In this document: in pieces, positions 61,725-64,000 of the stretch | Position numbering within the stretch: the stretch's first letter is position 1 | Layout of the letters: each line of letters opens with the position of its first letter | Origin: Alphaproteobacteria bacterium | GTDB taxonomy: Bacteria; Pseudomonadota; Alphaproteobacteria; UBA9219 | Length of the DNA stretch: 64,000 nt | NCBI GenBank assembly: GCA_009779745.1 | Contig: WRDR01000009.1 | Span: 840-64,839, forward strand | Direction: 5' to 3' | Notes under the pieces: model-generated | Databases searched by the model: none | Seen by the model: only the letters and a program-made list of their open reading frames with translations | Told to the model about the DNA's origin: nothing | Translations under genes and position numbers: made by a program

Positions 61725-62078
61725 TCATCGAACGCCCACTCTCGTTTCAGATTTCACCATCGGCACTACGCTGTCCATGCTGCATAGAAAAAACATGTGC
61801 CGCGGCTGACCCTTCATTCCCTTTATAAAAACAGAGCCGCCCGCATTATACATCTTCCTTGCAATAGACAGGAAAATCCGCAGCCCGGAAGCAGTAAGGA
61901 AACACAAAGAAGAGCAGTCCAGAATTAAAATCCTAGCCCCTGAATCGATAACGCCTTCGACTTCCTCTTCCAAAAACTCAACATTAGTCCTGTTCAAATA
62001 GCGATCCAGCGCCACAGTCTCTGACGAAGCAGAGAGCCAGCCAATGCCACTATTTTGTGCAGCCGCTAGGTTATACAA
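61725..62078 (-). CDS. STAS-domain protein (anti-sigma antagonist-like)
   Basis: LILDCSSL.FLTASGLRIFL. Confidence 0.8.
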   Translation of the reverse strand: MYNLAAAQNSGIGWLSASSETVALDRYLNRTNVEFLEEEVEGVIDSGARILILDCSSLCFLTASGLRIFLSIARKMYNAGGSVFIKGMKGQPRHMFFLCSMDSVVPMVKSETRVGVR

Positions 62079-62243
62079 GGGAGCCTCACTAATAAAACGT
62101 TAAATCTACGGAATCTTAACCTTATAATAGTTTATTTTCTGTTAAAAGCCTTTAAATACCGAATAAAAAGCGCAAAAGTAACCGCCTATTTACCTTTGTA
62201 TGCTACTCTGTAACCATAGATATTCTGATGAAAGGAATTTGAG

Positions 62244-62417
62244 ATGAAAGGTGTAATTGCAAGAGCAAGGAAATTGTCTTTTAAAGAGCTGCGTGAGGCG
62301 TTTAAAGAATTCCTCGGCAAGGTGCCGCTCGTCGCTGTTTATATTAAAGATGCCGTACTGCCGGGAAGGCTTGTAAATATTAGAAGAAAGTCTTCTCATA
62401 CCCATAATAACGGCTAA
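62244..62417 (+). CDS. 57-aa basic protein, absent from the ORF track
   Basis: AAAGGA RBS; MKGVIARARKLSFKELREAFKEFLGKVPLVAVYIKDAVLPGRLVNIRRKSSHTHNNG*. Confidence 0.45.
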   Translation: MKGVIARARKLSFKELREAFKEFLGKVPLVAVYIKDAVLPGRLVNIRRKSSHTHNNG

Positions 62418-63307
62418 CGGATTTCCACCGGAATCTTGGACGCCAAGTATGCGCACAGGACCAGATTATCAGCCCTGCCGAACAGCATGTCTTGTCTCAG
62501 TTTTTCCGAGACAAATGGAAAAATAAATCTCGAACTCTGTTCAGGCAGTTTGATGTGTTCTAATCCGTTCATACCCTTAATCTCATAGTGCCTCACCGTT
62601 ACAGGAAACAACAGTTTTTCCCTAAGAAATTTTTCTCTTTCTTTGCTGTTCGCTATGGCTATTGCGTGTGCGTTTGTGTTTTTTGCAATTTTATCTATCT
62701 CTTCTTCCGGCATACTCTCGTCTATGGCATACAGAATTTTTCCTTTTGAAGGTACAAACGGGATTTCTTTCAGCCATAACTCTTTCAGCTTTATTTGCTC
62801 TTCTAAAGGTTTTTTTCCGTTCACAAATTCCGCTATCTCTTGCGGTTCTGTCATTCTGCCGTAACCCTCATCTCCGCACGCCATTCTGCCCTTGTCCGGT
62901 CCTATAAATACAACTCCGCTCTTCAGCAAAATATCATAGTTCGCCTGTACTGCAGGGTGCTGCCACATTCTGTAGTTCATAGCAGGTGCTATAAAAATTT
63001 CAGCTCCTTTTCTGAATGCGGAAATAACAGAGAGAGCCAGTCCGTTCGCAGGAACCTCTTCTGTAATGCCTCTTGCAAGCTGATACATAAAATCCGCAGT
63101 GGCTGGTGCAATCAGGACAACATCGGAAGATTCTATTTCGTTTTTGATAAGGGCGGAAAGTTTTTTCTTTAATGCTGGAAAAAAATCAAAACGCTCTGCG
63201 TCTCTGGTAAAAGAAATGTTCAGAGAATAATCTTTGGATAAAACCGCAGCCAGCTCTGCTGTTTTTACAGCGGCAACACTAGCGGTTGCGATAAGAGCAA
63301 TCTTCAT
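62414..63307 (-). CDS. coaC: HFCD flavoprotein, phosphopantothenoylcysteine decarboxylase (CoaC)-like, no CoaB domain
   Basis: TASVAAVK, APATAD, PAMN..MWQHP, MACGDEGYGRM; second degenerate flavoprotein half with EHIKL..GRADNL..YLASKIPV. Confidence 0.75.
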   Translation of the reverse strand: MKIALIATASVAAVKTAELAAVLSKDYSLNISFTRDAERFDFFPALKKKLSALIKNEIESSDVVLIAPATADFMYQLARGITEEVPANGLALSVISAFRKGAEIFIAPAMNYRMWQHPAVQANYDILLKSGVVFIGPDKGRMACGDEGYGRMTEPQEIAEFVNGKKPLEEQIKLKELWLKEIPFVPSKGKILYAIDESMPEEEIDKIAKNTNAHAIAIANSKEREKFLREKLLFPVTVRHYEIKGMNGLEHIKLPEQSSRFIFPFVSEKLRQDMLFGRADNLVLCAYLASKIPVEIR

Positions 63308-63750
63308 TTTTCACCGAATTGAGACATCATATCGCGCCTTGGAGTATACCGCCCGCCGAGAAATTCCGCAGAAAGAAAAGCGTCTACGATATCCAGAGCG
63401 ACTTCCCGGCCTGTTGTATGCGCTCCTATAGTCAGGACGTTCGCATCATTGTGCTGTCTTGCGAGACGCGCCATAGTTCCATTGCAGCAAAGCGCAGCCC
63501 TGATGTGCGAAAAGCGGTTGGCTGTCATAGTCATTGCCTGCCCCGAACCGCAAATAAGAATGCCCAAAGAATCCGGATTAGTCTTCATAGACTCTGCAAC
63601 CTTCAAAGCGTAATCGGCAGCGTCGCAGTTAGTCTCGTCAAAAGCTCCGACATCGTTTACAGAGAAATTTTTCTGTTTAAGAATTTCTATGATTTCATTT
63701 TTAAGGGAAAACCCTCTGTGATCCGAGCCTATGTGAATGGTTTTTTGCAT
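63304..63750 (-). CDS. rpiB: ribose-5-phosphate isomerase B
   Basis: IGSDHRG, ICGSGQ, ARQHNDANVL, F.GGR. Confidence 0.95.
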   Translation of the reverse strand: MQKTIHIGSDHRGFSLKNEIIEILKQKNFSVNDVGAFDETNCDAADYALKVAESMKTNPDSLGILICGSGQAMTMTANRFSHIRAALCCNGTMARLARQHNDANVLTIGAHTTGREVALDIVDAFLSAEFLGGRYTPRRDMMSQFGEK

Positions 63751-63887
63751 AGTTAATTAGAAATATGGTTAATTAGGGATAAGGAATTGTAGCTCTTTTT
63801 TAGATAAAAACAACAGAAAAACCTTCATGAAAATATTTTTGTCTGATATAATTACGATTATTGTTAATAAATAAAAAAGGAACTATT

Positions 63888-64000
63888 ATGCCAAACGACA
63901 TTACAGACGGCCAAAAAATTGAAGATATAAAGAAGGATTTTCAAATTGCAGCAACGACCTGTTTTTTAGGAGGAGGCATTGCAATGAAAGGTATTGACTT
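63888..64000 (+). CDS. 5' part of a gene running off the window
   Basis: AAAGGA RBS, ATG 63888, frame open to the end. Confidence 0.5.
   Translation, partial: MPNDITDGQKIEDIKKDFQIAATTCFLGGGIAMKGID

Noticed and set aside
62190-62456. 88-aa minus-strand ORF as a frameshifted continuation of coaC (CoaB domain)
   Set aside because: No CoaB motifs such as TAGPT or NxSSG; a better ORF lies on the plus strand.

Overview
Chromosomal window of an alphaproteobacterium, judged from the fliX/flgI arrangement, an LdtR-like MarR regulator, the ihfA-merR pair, phaAB and CtrA-type boxes. It is mostly housekeeping genes (ruvCAB, truB, prfB, ndk, pyrC, ctpA, rseP, trmB, purH, prs, rplY, pth, coaE, recF, dnaJ, bamB, rpsT, dnaA, flgI/flgJ/fliK/flgD, dnaQ, rpiB). 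Woven among them, with no integrase or transposase, are a partial Dot/Icm type IVB secretion cluster (lytic transglycosylase-dotD-dotC-dotB-[ribB]-icmT), a type IVb pilus operon (pilL/TcpQ-N-O-P-Q-R-like) and two tandem PilT-like ATPases. The most unusual sequence-level signal is a family of heptamer-repeat elements (AGTGTGG/AAAATGG/AATGTGA units, often with inverted arms around a GTGCRTATTC core) at more than 20 gene junctions. These elements supply start and stop codons and peptide tails to unrelated proteins. Other notable items are an in-frame TAG inside dotC, apparent 1-nt frameshifts in yafQ, hppA and an orphan ORF pair, and a two-domain CoaC-like flavoprotein whose catalytic His and Cys appear split between domains. 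All calls come from reading motifs by eye; no database search was run.
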